The notes below the pieces were generated by a model. The model worked only from the letters and a program-made list of their open reading frames with translations. It was not told the DNA's origin and ran no database searches. DNA of 64,000 nucleotides. Source: Tubulanus polymorphus (taxonomy: Eukaryota > Animalia > Nemertea). Position numbers and translations under genes: made by a program. The stretch spans positions 24,710,150-24,774,149 of the forward strand of contig NC_134026.1 of assembly GCF_964204645.1 (NCBI RefSeq), in the 5' to 3' direction. Within the stretch, counting starts at the first letter, position 1. Every line of letters begins with the position of its first letter. This document shows, piece after piece, positions 51,801 through 64,000 of this stretch.

Positions 51801-54800
51801 AAAATCTTTTAGATGATGATATTGAATTTCTATTTTTTTTGTATTTCAAAAGCTGTTCCTGCAGATACACTGTTAGAAGTCAACGTCGAATTTGATAATG
51901 GGGACGAAGACGCTAATACAAAACCTGGCGTGCCATACAGAACCGTTGAATACTCCAATAATGCCGCCGCCAAAAAGAAGAATATCGTACACGATAGAAT
52001 GCAAGGCGACCAGCCGATGAATAGCGATGAAAACGTTAGCAAAGTTCGCCAAAAACGAAAAGGATTACAAACCGTGCAATGTGAGCATCTCGTTTGCAAC
52101 AATGACGGAACGTGCGTCATTGATGAAGTTACGAAGCAGCAACGATGCCAATGTAAATTGGGATATACCGGGAAATACTGCGAGGAAAGTAAGTACATAC
52201 ACATATATATAATACCCATCTGGGATATGTTCTTATATTCCTCGTTGTCTACTCATTACCGGGGTCCTAAATCTCATTTCACGCGAACATAAACAAATAA
52301 TGACGCATGGAACACTGATAGTTCGTCTCGTTAAATCGTTACAACATTCTCTAATCAAAATCTCACTTCTCGTTATCGTTACTATCAGTTCCTAGTTGCA
52401 CAGGGAAAATGGACAGTGCAGTTCGGCCCGAGTCATCAGGCAAAATTGTCTACACCCTAATCTAAGGTTAATTTCAAACACACGCATCGAATATGAAATC
52501 TGTAACTCTGCGTTTTTGTGTAGATTTTATTTTCGATTTCATATCTCATTTTCAATTGAGAATATATAACTAGCCATCGTTCATTCTCTCTTTTACTCTC
52601 TATAGCCTTAATCTATGATTATCCAGCAGGGCGACTAAAGTTAAAGAACGTGCTAAATCCTACCCGTAGGTCTGTGGAGAACATTAATGAATTATTCTAT
52701 TAAATGCTCCTTTGTATCGCAGGTGCAGATTTCTTTTTTAGTATAAAATGATTGCGGAGGCAAAGCTCTAGGGTTTTGTTAAATATCGAGCGGTGTGTAT
52801 AGGTTTTGTTATTTTGTATTTATCTTTTTTGACATTTGGTATTACGTTGAATTCGACGACAAAATGATGCAATCGATGGCAAAATGTTGACGTGTATATA
52901 ATAAATAGTAGAAAGAAATGTCGATAAACAAAGCATAATTCAATCGTTATCAACTTTTGAGAAACATCGGAAGCTTTTAACTCCTTGAATGGGTTGTAAG
53001 AAAAATTTATTTCGAGTGGGACATTTTACGTTACACAGGTCGACTATACTCTTTATCGTTTTGTTTTATTTCAATCTATCGACTGCAATCGTTTGTCGGA
53101 TAAAGTTCTCCCTGATGGGGTATGAGGATTTACGATTAATGCCAGTATAACACGGATCTGTTAGTTTAGGGAATTGCGGGAACTTTATCTCTTTCTCATA
53201 CAATCACTTTTCTGTGCATGTTATGAGATTTTCTACGCATCGATTTTGAATCATAGAAACCTTATAACATTTAATGCCGACGCCACTAACGAGTCACGAT
53301 ATTCCGAAGTCTCCAATTTTGTTGATATTTTCCGCATGGTTTTTTGATCTAATCCTCTATTTCATGCTTTCAAAAGACGAACATTTTATTCGGCTTTCGT
53401 GACAAATAAAGTGTCAGTAATTTGCCCGCTTATAAGTTGGTTTACGAAATCGTTAACGATGTCAAGCATCTTCCGACGAACGGCGAAACAAATTATGAGA
53501 AACCAGATATACGCTGTCATCTGTAACTTCAACACTGAATTACAAGAAATGATGATATGACGAAATTATATTATCGAATTGAATATAAATCGTTCTCGTG
53601 TATCCAAATTGATAGAATTTATTGAAGAACGAATAAGTTGAACAATAATGCCCGGTCTTTTTCTAAAGTTTGTTTTCGGCATCTACAAGAAGTAAGATCT
53701 ATCGAAGCAATAAAGACCATCGTATTAAACAATTGTTTCCTCCAATACGCTGTATAAACTACTTTGAATAATGGCCATTATTTTACGAGTCCTTAGTTGG
53801 AAGCGGTCCCGAGAGGAGGCTGTAATTGGTTGGTACACTCGTGGAATATCGTCTGCGATATTGATCCGAGAAAGCAGAGGCTATCTTTCGACATGGCGAT
53901 GCCTGAAATGAGCGAGAATATGGTTAATGTCTGCCATAAAATAGATTTTTATTAGTCGCGGTTGTGACGACGACCGTTACTGTTGAGTTTATCTGGGCAT
54001 ATCATTTCAATGTTAATCGTAGAATGATCGGAGCGCACCCGTCGATACAAGACTTTGATCAATCTCAACTTCTGGTAAATTTTACGCCAGTCAGTTCTAG
54101 AAATGGACCTGGATATATTGGGCTTTTCAAAAGTTTGCTTATAAGATCGATCATGATAAAGTTGATAGATATTCATAATTGGATACTGTGTATTTGCACT
54201 TTTTCAACCGGCAGAATGCGCAACTTCCACCATCAATATTTGTCGCCATTTCAGAACTCAAGGGTAACTCCAATTAGAGCTCATGCTCTTTTGATAGTTG
54301 TTTTCCGACCCAGTAATTAAGTTATAGCTATAACCGTATTGATTAACTGTAGAGAACATTGATAAATGATACCCTTACGGTATACTGCGTCTTCCCATAG
54401 CTTAGAAAAGAAATCTGCAAACTTTCCGATTTATCTTGATGCAGTCTTCAAAAATATCTGGTAATTGCACGATGGGTTACCATTTTAATAACAAACGAAT
54501 CATGCCTTGGAGGAAGATTTAGTCACTTCCGAACTTATTTCTATGTCCTGAAACATCGAATGTCAACTTCACTTGATAGTTTGCTCTTATCGCTTTGATC
54601 TTAGTCTCTACGAACGTGCTAGTTTACCTATCCGAAAAATAAGACCGCAAGCCTCTCTCTTTTCTATTTGCAGAACTGGACGTGAGGTATCCACTATTAA
54701 GTGGATTTGGCTACGTAGCTTTCCCTCCTCTGCAGCACGCTAGTAGTAAGTGTGACATCAATATACGGTTTAGACCGGATGTCCATCGTGGTGCTAACGG

Positions 54801-57800
54801 TTTACTGCTCTACACCGGTGACGTGAGTGGGTATTATCCGGATTTCTTCTCAATTGCGTTGAAAGACGGCTATCCTGAATTCAGGTATGTATATAATCCG
54901 CGACAATCGCCCCCACTTTCCTCTGGTAGTCTATAGAAAAACGTTTCTAAGTGCTCTGGTTATCTTCACCAGAAAAGTCTAATTCTAAGAAATAATCTCC
55001 TCACGTATATCTGAATTGTTGCCGGCGACTAAACGACGAAAGTCAACGCTGGTAAGTAGATTACGCCATTTGCAACCGTTTCCATTTTGCGTACATTTGT
55101 GAGCTTGTAACCAGAAAAAATACCGTCGACCACAACGAAATGCCCTCGCTAGTTTACCTCGCCGAAATATTCTCAGACGAATTGATTGGCATTCGACTAG
55201 GCAAAAATTTCGATGGGAAATCAAAAACCTGTCATATTACCTGAAATGCCTCGTAAATCGGGTTTTGATCTTATTTGCTTTGCAGAAAATCCGGTAATAA
55301 ATACTCGTGACTTCTGCTTCTGCGTAACACACCGTGAAAATAAGCATGTTTCATTAACTAGCTTGCCTGGCTTGATTTTATCAGTATCTCTTGCCGTGAT
55401 GCAATTGTGCGATCGTTAGCTAATATTGATGGCTGTCACTGATAAATTATCTAGTCGATGTTGACCATAAAGTCTTTTCAGTCGAATGCCATGCGAATGG
55501 CTCACTAATATCAGTTACGTCTACATCACTGGCAGTTTCTTTGATGACAGGAAATTCCTAAAATTGTGCGGCCAAATATCCTAAAAAATGGATGAACACT
55601 TGGATGACATTGTGAACAAAATGCAGTATACATTTTGCATTCGTATGAAGTTAAGTGGAATGATGCAGTTTTCTCGAACCGATGGAAAATCAGGGAATAA
55701 GCAAAACATCTACTGTCGGAGCAAAGAACAAACTATGTTATCACAACGAATTGCTCTCTTGATGAGAAATGACTTTTATGATCATCTTGGCCCAACAAGG
55801 AATAGAGAACATTTTGGCAAACATCCCGATTTTTAATTAACCCTTTCAAAAGCATAATGGAAACCCGGTTGATACATGGAACCATCTATCATCTATCAAA
55901 ACGTGAACAAACGAGGCTGTTTGGCCCTAGGCTGACCAATTCCAGGCATTAATAAATTAAATCCAGATACAAAATCATATAATACATTTATAACATAGAC
56001 CGCAGAACACATATCCGGCGAATGCGAGAGATTTTACATCGGATGAATTCAATAAATATTCCGCGCATGTGGCACAGTTACATACAGTGACATGTCTGAC
56101 CACAAAGCCATATCATGTAATATACGATTCGGGTCCTGTAATTCAGTTACTATCGCGTAAATGTAATTACGTTTTATCGATGTGATTATGAGCTGCCAGG
56201 AACGGCTCCTGTGTATACGGAGGTCGGCTTAACCCATCAGCTAATACTAATCATGACACATCGCCCACAAAACCAACTAAAATATATTTTCCCCAGAGAA
56301 AGGCCGATTTTATATGTGATGATAATCGTTACTTTCTCCGTAATATATCAGCAATTGATAAGAATACGATATTCGTCGATTTATATACCGATGATATTCA
56401 TATAAAGATTAACAAAAATAGACCATTATCAACGGATTTGTAAGATATCTATCAAATGCTTATATAGACACTGAAGCTATGAAAGTACGATTTTCATTTT
56501 ACCAAGAACAAGCGATCAGTTGAAGTCTTTTGATAAATTACCACTCGTTTTCAATGATAATGGAGTTTAAATCAACCGGGGAAGATACACTGCTGTCGCC
56601 TATACAGTAATCCTCTCATAATTGATACGGGTGTCTTGTAAAGGTCGCTACAGTACCTCGTCGCTATGTTTGAGACTGATCAATGATCGATTCTTAATCA
56701 AACTAATGAATAATTCAAGTATTCAGCGAAATCGTTTCGTTTTCTAATACTAGCGTTTCTAAATCGCGTTAAAGGGTCGAATTAAAATTGAAATAGGTCA
56801 ATTGACATTCTATATAGAAAGGAAAATTCAATTTCTCAGTAGAGTTTTGGTGGTAAAGTATAGTGTTAGTTTTTCATAAGAGATTTCTCGTGATATCTAA
56901 AGTATATATGTAGAAATGCGAATAGTTTTTGTTCATGGATCGCATTTGCCATCTGAAGAAAATTACATCAATTACATACGTTTCAAATATCCAATTTCTA
57001 TCCGGTTCTGATGTAAAATCATCCTTCTATAGCAAAGATTGGAGTGTTTCAGACGCGCAGTTAACGATTAAATTCCCATACGGCCGGCATCTTGGTTTGC
57101 GTTATGCGTCCGTCATTATTTTTCTATTCCCAGACGTAGTGTCGCAGACTTTCGATATTCATCTTCCCTATGCATGTTGATACCAGTTTTCTTCGATTAT
57201 AACCATAAAGAAAATAAAGTAATGTTTTCTTTAGCGAGCGTGATCTTAGTGCATGAAGTTAGTAATCGTCGAGCGATCTTCCCTCGACCCCTGAAGGAGT
57301 TGCGTTATTTGAATCGTAACAGAGGCTACTGTAGTTTAACCCGTGGTACTAGATATACATTAGCCCTTGATTATGACATTTTTTGACATAAAGAATTTGC
57401 TGGGAGTTTATAACCGTAATTTCTTTCTTTTAGGTTTGACTGCGGAAGTGGCGAGGCGACTATAACTAGTTCGACGAAAGCGAAGCTCGGAGAATGGAAC
57501 ACACTGATCGCGAGTCGAGTGGGAAACAAAGGATGGATAAGTCTCAATAATGGACCGACCAATAGAGCAGAGGCAGAGGTAAGATGATTTCTCTGAGTGG
57601 GATTGGAAATTTCATCCTAGGAAGACGACTCGGTCTGTCCTACGCAGATGTTAATAATTGTCTATTTACTTGTTCAAACAATGAATAGATGGATAAACAA
57701 ATCATGTTTATATTTCAAAAGAGCAACCAAATAAAACCGACGACTCCAGATTTTGAAATAATTAATACGGAATAAGATATATGAATTTTGTCGCTTTTTA

Positions 57801-60412
57801 AATCGCAGGGTCTATTTACCCACGTGACTCTAAGAGAGGAACTTTTCCTCGGCGGTCACAAGAACCTTACATTAGCAGCGACTAATGCAGGCGTCGAGAC
57901 AGGATTTTATGGTTGCGTTGAAGAATTGATAGTTAATGGCTACAAATACGATTCCCGATGGGGACCATTCGTAGGTGACGCATTGCACGGGGTAGATGTT
58001 GGTAAGTATTGATGGTATATTTGCATTTTCAGATAATCCACTTGGGATAAAGCGCAAAGTATTTGAATGGATTTATTTGTAACTGTACAAAGTGCAATAT
58101 TCAGGTTTTGAATGAAACTTTGTGATTTAGTTTGTACGCATTCAAATTGCTAGATTTTGTCACGATCTACAGAAAATGTTTATCGATTTCCATAGCTGAA
58201 TGTAGTAGTGGTGTGTGCAAAGGGATGCTCTGTTACCATGGAGGGACATGTGCACCAAAATCCCCTGATAAGCATATTTGCCTGTGCGCTCTTGGTTTTT
58301 CTGGCCCAAACTGTGAAACAAGTGAGTTTTTTTGTGAATCAATGTGTATAGTCATGTAAAAGAAAATGTTTCCGATATACATGTAAGGCTTTACTGTGCC
58401 CCGGTAGAAGATAACACATGAAACTGTCTTTGAAGATAATCTATCACTCAAGAGAACACCAGAAAATGCTATTTGAATAGTTAACTTTTTTGTAGTCTCC
58501 TCACTTCAGAAAAATTGTTTAAACTATAAAACGGTTCAGTTTCGTTCCTTGTCCCCATTCAAAATGAAAATTAACCTTTCCCTTAAATCCAGCACCGATA
58601 TAACGAGTGTTTCTCTTTATTTGTATAGCAACTGTTACAAAACTGCCTTTATTCAATGGCTATTCATACTTGGAACACGAAGGTCTAAAATATACATCTC
58701 AGTCGCATACCGAACTGGAAGTTATATTCAAACCCACTGCAGCTAATGGAGTGATTATTTACAACGGGCATACTGTAGACCGAAGAGGTGACTTTATGGG
58801 TGTAGCAATGAAAGACGGTCACCTAGAATTCAGATTCGATCTTGGAACTGGCCCTGCCATTATCAGGTTTGAGGAGCATAATACGAAAGCTGCCATTTCG
58901 AATTTTCTCTGGTCTATCACAATACGTATACATTTTCTTTCAATGATCACCTTCCAGAAGCAAACAACCTCTGGAGCTGAATAAATGGTACGTTGCTCAC
59001 CTGAAACGCACGGGCAGTTACGGAGAAATGAGAATTAACAACGGAGGTAAAGTGACCGGGTTATCTCAAGGCCCTTACAGACAACTCACGCTGAAACTGA
59101 ATATGTACATCGGTGGACATCGGAATTACGATGAGGTTTCACATCATTTGGGAATGGAGAAATCATTCGAAGGATGTATCCAGAAAGTAAATTCTTTAAA
59201 GTGGTTTCATTCATCGGACACATGGATGGGCATACATATATTTTTCAACAACTATCAAATGTTTTACGTAGGTTGTACTCAATAGCCAGACTTTGGATCT
59301 GGTTGGTAAAGCTATTGGTGGCATGAATATCGGCCGATGTGATCATCCGTGTGCTGATGCAATCTGTCAGAACGGAGGTGTTTGTAGACCAATACGCGAC
59401 ACTTACACCTGTGATTGTCCACTGTTTTATGCCAATACGGACTGTGAGGATAGTGAGTATCAAAATTCCTCAACTTTCCAAAAAGCCACACAGAAACAGG
59501 CAACACATTTGTTCTTTTTTTTCGTAGATATAAGGGATTCACTAACAGTACCTCGATTTAGTGGACATAGCTATATGGTATATACTGGTAATGATATAAT
59601 GCGAAGGTATTTTGAATATATCTGCTACTTAATAAATCGTGTGATAGCGTAGGTTCTGATTTGTAACGCGTATTTTGCTATTTTCTTGTAGAATTATGGG
59701 CGATAAGATAGACGTATATATCAAATTCCGAGCCACTGAGGCTGACGGTTTAATTTTCTGGGCGAGTCAACAGATAATGACGTCAAGTAGTGATTTCGTA
59801 GCCCTCAGTTTAGTAGGAGGTCGGATACGATTCCAGTTCAACTTAGGCAGTGGTGAAACGACCCTTCAGTACAATATATCGAGACTTGATGACGGTGAAT
59901 GGCATGAAATACGCGCGCAAAGGTAATACAGAGTTGATGGAAAATGACCTTGAATAGAAACACCATAACTTATAGTGACTATACAGATTAGCTGAAGTAA
60001 TTATGAATGTGTGATTTATTCCCAATTTAGGTACGATAAGCTAGCTCTTTTAGAAGTTAACGGCAAAAATGTAATCGAGGCCAACGCACCAGGATCAGAC
60101 ACCAGCTTGACAACAGAATCTGCTCTATACATTGGTGAGTTTAATCGGGGATGGCTTATTTGGTTAATACGAATCACAGTAATGACCTCGGATTTGATAG
60201 ACTTCACTTCTCATATCACTTCTCACCAAATATGTTTTCCTTATGCAGGAGGCTTAGAAAATATTGAACACCGGACGTTGAAGAAATTTCGAACAGGGTT
60301 GCACGGGTGCATATCGAAGTTAAAATTGGCGACCGATTATGACGTAAAATTAATCAAAGAGGCGTCAAAAGGACAAAATATCGACAAATGCTTTTTATAC
60401 AACAGGAGCTAG
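36849..60412 (+). CDS. Pikachurin (EGFLAM)/SP2353-like secreted protein, ~817 aa: signal peptide, EGF, linker, (EGF-LamG)x3
   Basis: Phase-consistent exons: 36849-36951 (MDSSCSFHALIFLLIIGRLSC signal peptide), 42742-42855 (EGF), 51853-52188 (linker+EGF), 54674-54884, 57434-57578, 57809-58001 (LamG1), 58196-58321 (EGF), 58629-58866, 58958-59186, 59272-59452 (LamG2+EGF), 59528-59606, 59692-59922, 60031-60134, 60249-60412 (LamG3). LamG motifs GLLLYTG..DFFSIAL..EFRFDCGSG and DFMGVAMKDGHLEFRFDLGTG. Further exons in the long 5' introns cannot be excluded. Confidence 0.9.
38156..38295. mobile_element. Degenerate palindromic MITE-like element
   Basis: Perfect 14-bp IR tggtattaacttta (38195-38208) / taaagttaatacca (38232-38245) nested within gatactgggg/ccccagatatc; left end cacaggg as in MITEs A and B. 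Confidence 0.45.
39066..39140 (+). repeat. Short direct repeat (two copies of ~26 bp)
   Basis: atccaagcagaggacttctagtgtat / atccgagcaaaggacttctagtgtat. Confidence 0.7.
40249..40650 (+). mobile_element. Penelope-like retroelement 3'/pLTR remnant
   Basis: Minimal hammerhead followed by AATAAA (40571-40576) and a T-rich tail; upstream broken frame with DLILFVAEKF and W..V.NMVPNGL, weakly like GIY-YIG endonuclease C-termini (PxGLN). Boundaries approximate. Confidence 0.55.
40508..40549 (+). ncRNA. Minimal type I hammerhead ribozyme
   Basis: ACAC-CUGACGA-U-GAUCUC(UAGUGU)GAGAUC-GAAAC-GUC-GUGU: intact core, 6-bp stem II, 4-bp stem I, palindromic ACGU in place of stem III. Confidence 0.8.
50448..50461. 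promoter_or_regulatory. Consensus RFX X-box in an intron of the pikachurin-like gene
   Basis: GTTGCTATGGAAAC matches the 14-bp X-box consensus GTHNYYATRRNAAC. Confidence 0.5.
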
Positions 60413-61269
60413 GAAAACTTTCGAGAAAGAGACAAACAATTGTTTGCGAAATGAAAAATTTTGCTTATCCATATTTTCTTTATTGACTTTAATTTTCTTT
60501 TATGACATTGACGTACCAATGAGTGACCAAGTCGCTCATCGTCAGTTTAATCTTGACTTCGATATTCGATTTATAAGCGTTTTCAAAACCGAAGAGTGCT
60601 TGTAAAATATCCAAGGATCCAAAAGGTCACATTCACGTCTCGGAAAGGTGGCAGAAACTCATTTAAACATGGAATAATCAAGCCATAGTGGTGTCTTATA
60701 TATCAGGGGTTAATTCATGCATATTGAATTGGTGCTATTGCATTGTACGCTATGATATTTTTTCTGAGTGAACATGGACCGAAGGTGTGCGATTGCATGA
60801 ATGCATTTTAGTCAGACCTGTAATTGTCAAGAATTTAGAAGCAGTTGTGTGACGTCTTGACAAAAACATCGCTGAATATAGACATTGGTGGTGAGGGATT
60901 TTCAACAGGATTTGGAGTGCACGGCCTTGTGTCTTTCAGATTTTTAGTCAAAACGAAAGAAAGTCATCATTGCTTATACTGAATGAACAAAACATTCATT
61001 GATTCGATCTAAAACATGTAAATTTATAACTTGTACATAGTATCGGTGTACGTTTCGTTAGTCATACAGCACATTGTTAAGTAGCATTTGTTGTTTACGT
61101 TGAGAAGAAACATTCGATTTATTATCATCGCTTTAAGTGTTAACTCTGAATCTATTACATCAAAAACAACTTAGATAATTAAAACTAATTATATAAACTG
61201 TTGTAAACTAACTTTCAAAATTTTTAAGTTTTTAGAGTTGATTTTATGAAAATTTATATCATTATTGCC

Positions 61270-61275
61270 AATAAA
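61270..61275 (+). terminator. Candidate polyadenylation signal of the pikachurin-like gene
   Basis: AATAAA ~860 nt downstream of the stop, in AT-rich UTR-like sequence. Confidence 0.4.
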
Positions 61276-61895
61276 TGTAGAAAATCAGTTTTCTTAACGA
61301 GAAATTAATGGTTTCGGAAATTGTAATAGTAAAATCAATACATATGATCAATAAGGTCACCGACAAAATGTATGTATTCATTAATATCTCGTTAAAAAGC
61401 ACATTATCTTACGTCGATCACTCTAAAAGTCACCTTAAACCTCAATTATGTTCTTATTATGCATAAGCATTTACCATTCGGGATATCGTTTACTTCATTG
61501 AGATGCACGATCTTTTATGAATTTTAGAAAGCATATCTTATCTGAAATAATTCATGAACACTTTTTGGTCAATTACCGTTGAATTCAGTTTGATTATCGC
61601 TCAGTTAATTTTTCTAAATGGCAGTGTAACGTAACTTAGTGACTGTGCCGTATTTAATTGCTTCATCTATAATCTCAACATTCCTATTTACACGAATAGA
61701 TGAAATTAAACATTTATTGGACCATTTAGATTAGATATTCATTATATTCATTCATGACGTACGTTTCGTGTAAAAATTCTGCCTTAATGTTGTGTATTTA
61801 ATAAGAAATAAATTTTTCCAAAGAAATTTTGCGAAGTTGTACGCATGCGAAGATTTCATTTCTTCAGAATATTACAGTGTTTTCAATAATACGTA

Positions 61896-63934
61896 TTATA
61901 AAGTAGTTTCTTTGCGGTGTGTATTCACCGGTGTTTCTATACTCTGTTCACCGACATACACTTGATTGACATGCGGTTGAATCTTTTTATCTTCGTATTC
62001 TGTTACATCGACTACGGCCCAGTCCTGAATTTCAGCACTACCAATAATCAAATAGATAATGGCTCCTGTCGATGCGATCGCAGCACAAATGTAGAATACA
62101 ATTTGCCATTCCTCTCTCGATTGCTGAAATGAAATTATTGGCCAAACTTGGATAATTTGTCTAAGGTAAGGCCACCAGCTGTTGCTAAAAACATTGCTTT
62201 CTGCTACAAATCTGAATATTGCATTTCATAAATCTATAATGAGCACAGCAGGTGATGGTATTCTGAGAAGATGATCGTTACAGCATAATATCGGCTAAAG
62301 TGTAAAAGAATTAATATCAATAACTCAATTACGTAAAAAGATTGCATCAAACTCACGTGGTTCGCAACTGCGCCGACAACGGCAGGTGCCACAAACCCTG
62401 CCATGGTTGCAAATGTGTTCGTTATACCAAAAAGTATTCCAGAGAATCTGGGTGCGATGTCGACGTGGTTGCAAAGAATTACGCTGACAGAGCAGCCCAT
62501 TGTCGCAACACCAGCGGTAAGAAGAGCTAGCGCCAAAATTGTTCGAGAGCAGTCGACGAAACCAAGCGCAATAACAAGAACAGACGGCAGGAATAAACCT
62601 ACAATGAAAACAATTTCTTAATCGGATTCGACAGTAGCTATACTATAGTATATAGATTGAAAACAGTAGCGTCACGAACCATTGCGTAAAATTCACATTT
62701 GATTCTCGACGATTTCGTCTAGCAAAGAACCTACCAATTGAAAACATAAGTTTTCTGATAGTCGTCGTTGATAGGAAAGATTTACTTCTCAGGAAATCGG
62801 ACACTATTCCTGTTAGTGTGATGAACAACCACATCAGTACGTAGGTGATCGCCGAAAACACTCCATTCTGTAATCAATGCATTTTCACGTTCAAATTGCA
62901 TTACAAAATTTAGAGAACCTCTAACAAGTTAGAAATCACGTTTTTATCTTCATCGTTTATTTACCGATTTGATGTCGAGTTCAAGCACGTCATTGATATA
63001 TGATGGTATATTTGTGAGAAACGTATAGAAAAGCCAAGTCGCAGATAGGTGCGCAACTACAAGTCCCCAAACAGGTGCAGATCTTACTATATCTGACCAC
63101 GGAATTTTCTAGAAAAGTTCCAAAAGCGATTATGTATGTAATATGCGAATGTGAAAACAAGTTAATTTTTAGATATTTGAGAGAACTACCTACAAGGTCT
63201 TTCTGCGCATCTATTATTTGCCCGTGTAGAGAATTCTGTATGTATTCTTTTTCGGTCGTTGAAATGCGAGGATGATCTTCGGGAGTATTGTAGACCAAAG
63301 CGAACCACAGCACACACCAAACAAGGCAGATACCACCGCTAATATAGAATATAGACGACCATTCAGCAAATTCACACAGCACACCAGATAAAGCCAAAGT
63401 CACTACTGTGCCTATTTGCATACCTGCATAGATTAAAAGTATCTATCTACTATGAAGCTAATAATGTATAAAAGTATGCGTATAAAATGATAAACGCAAT
63501 TAAAATTTCTAAATTTGAAAAACCCGTGTTGGCCTACCTGCATAAGAACTAGATGTGAGTCGACTCCTTTCTAACGGTGGTGCCCAGGCTGCCCAGATAG
63601 AATTCATAGCCGGGAAAGCAACTCCCTGAAAAACAGCCGTTAATCCGTCATCCATTCACTGTATTCAACGACTGTGTAACAAGTTCAATGTATCACCTAC
63701 CTCCCCTAAGCCGACTATGACTCTCACAAGTATCAGGAAATAAGGGCTTACAGTTGCGGCTACTGGAGAGAGCAGTGTACCGAGAGCAGCGATGGCCATG
63801 CAAACTCCAAAAACTATTTTACCACCAAATCTAAACGCTAGCAAACCTCCGGGTAACTGGGTGGCTATGTATCCCCAGAAAAATGAACTTAGAATCAAAC
63901 CTTGCGTTTCTTTCATCCATACATACTCCCCTTC
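61896..63934 (-). CDS. SLC17-family MFS anion transporter (sialin/VGLUT-like), 5' end outside window
   Basis: Phase-consistent exons 63934-63701, 63625-63538, 63423-63194, 63108-62965, 62867-62735, 62598-62357, 62123-61896. Motifs [70 protein letters not shown]. Confidence 0.93.
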
Positions 63935-64000
63935 CTAGTGAAATTGAAATTACAAACTATTATCATTTGACATGGTAGAATTTTCAAATGAAATGGATAA

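Noticed and set aside
1-64000. CRISPR arrays, rRNA, tRNA, intact transposase or RT ORFs, U12-type introns, additional hammerheads
   Set aside because: None seen on manual reading; other CTGANGA motifs lack stem II plus GAAAC.

Overview
AT-rich, intron-containing eukaryotic DNA; the gene content is bilaterian invertebrate (lophotrochozoan-like is a guess). Manual splicing (GT-AG sites, consistent phases) gives four protein-coding genes: (1) a minus-strand ~954-aa protein with SAM, PDZ, coiled-coil and Rab11-FIP-RBD-like regions (830-6627); (2) a minus-strand ~1279-aa RIM/Fife-like active-zone protein (Rab-binding helix, Zn finger, apparently decaying PDZ, C2A, C2B; 8904-27106); (3) a plus-strand ~817-aa pikachurin/SP2353-like secreted EGF/laminin-G protein (36849-60412), head-to-head with gene 2; (4) the 3' part of a minus-strand SLC17 (sialin/VGLUT family) transporter (61896 to beyond 63934). 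Non-coding features: nested P-superfamily-like MITEs with 8-bp TSDs, 19-33 bp palindromes with 7-bp TSDs resembling P-type excision footprints, a foldback element, a Penelope-type minimal hammerhead ribozyme (40508-40549), several RFX X-boxes (one at a candidate internal promoter of gene 2) and a ~260-bp polypurine tract. Most short ORFs in the supplied track are exon fragments, antisense shadows or noise. All homology calls are from motif recognition by eye; no searches were run. I found no clearly new multi-gene system; the best leads are the decaying PDZ, the gene 1 architecture, the footprints and the ribozyme.
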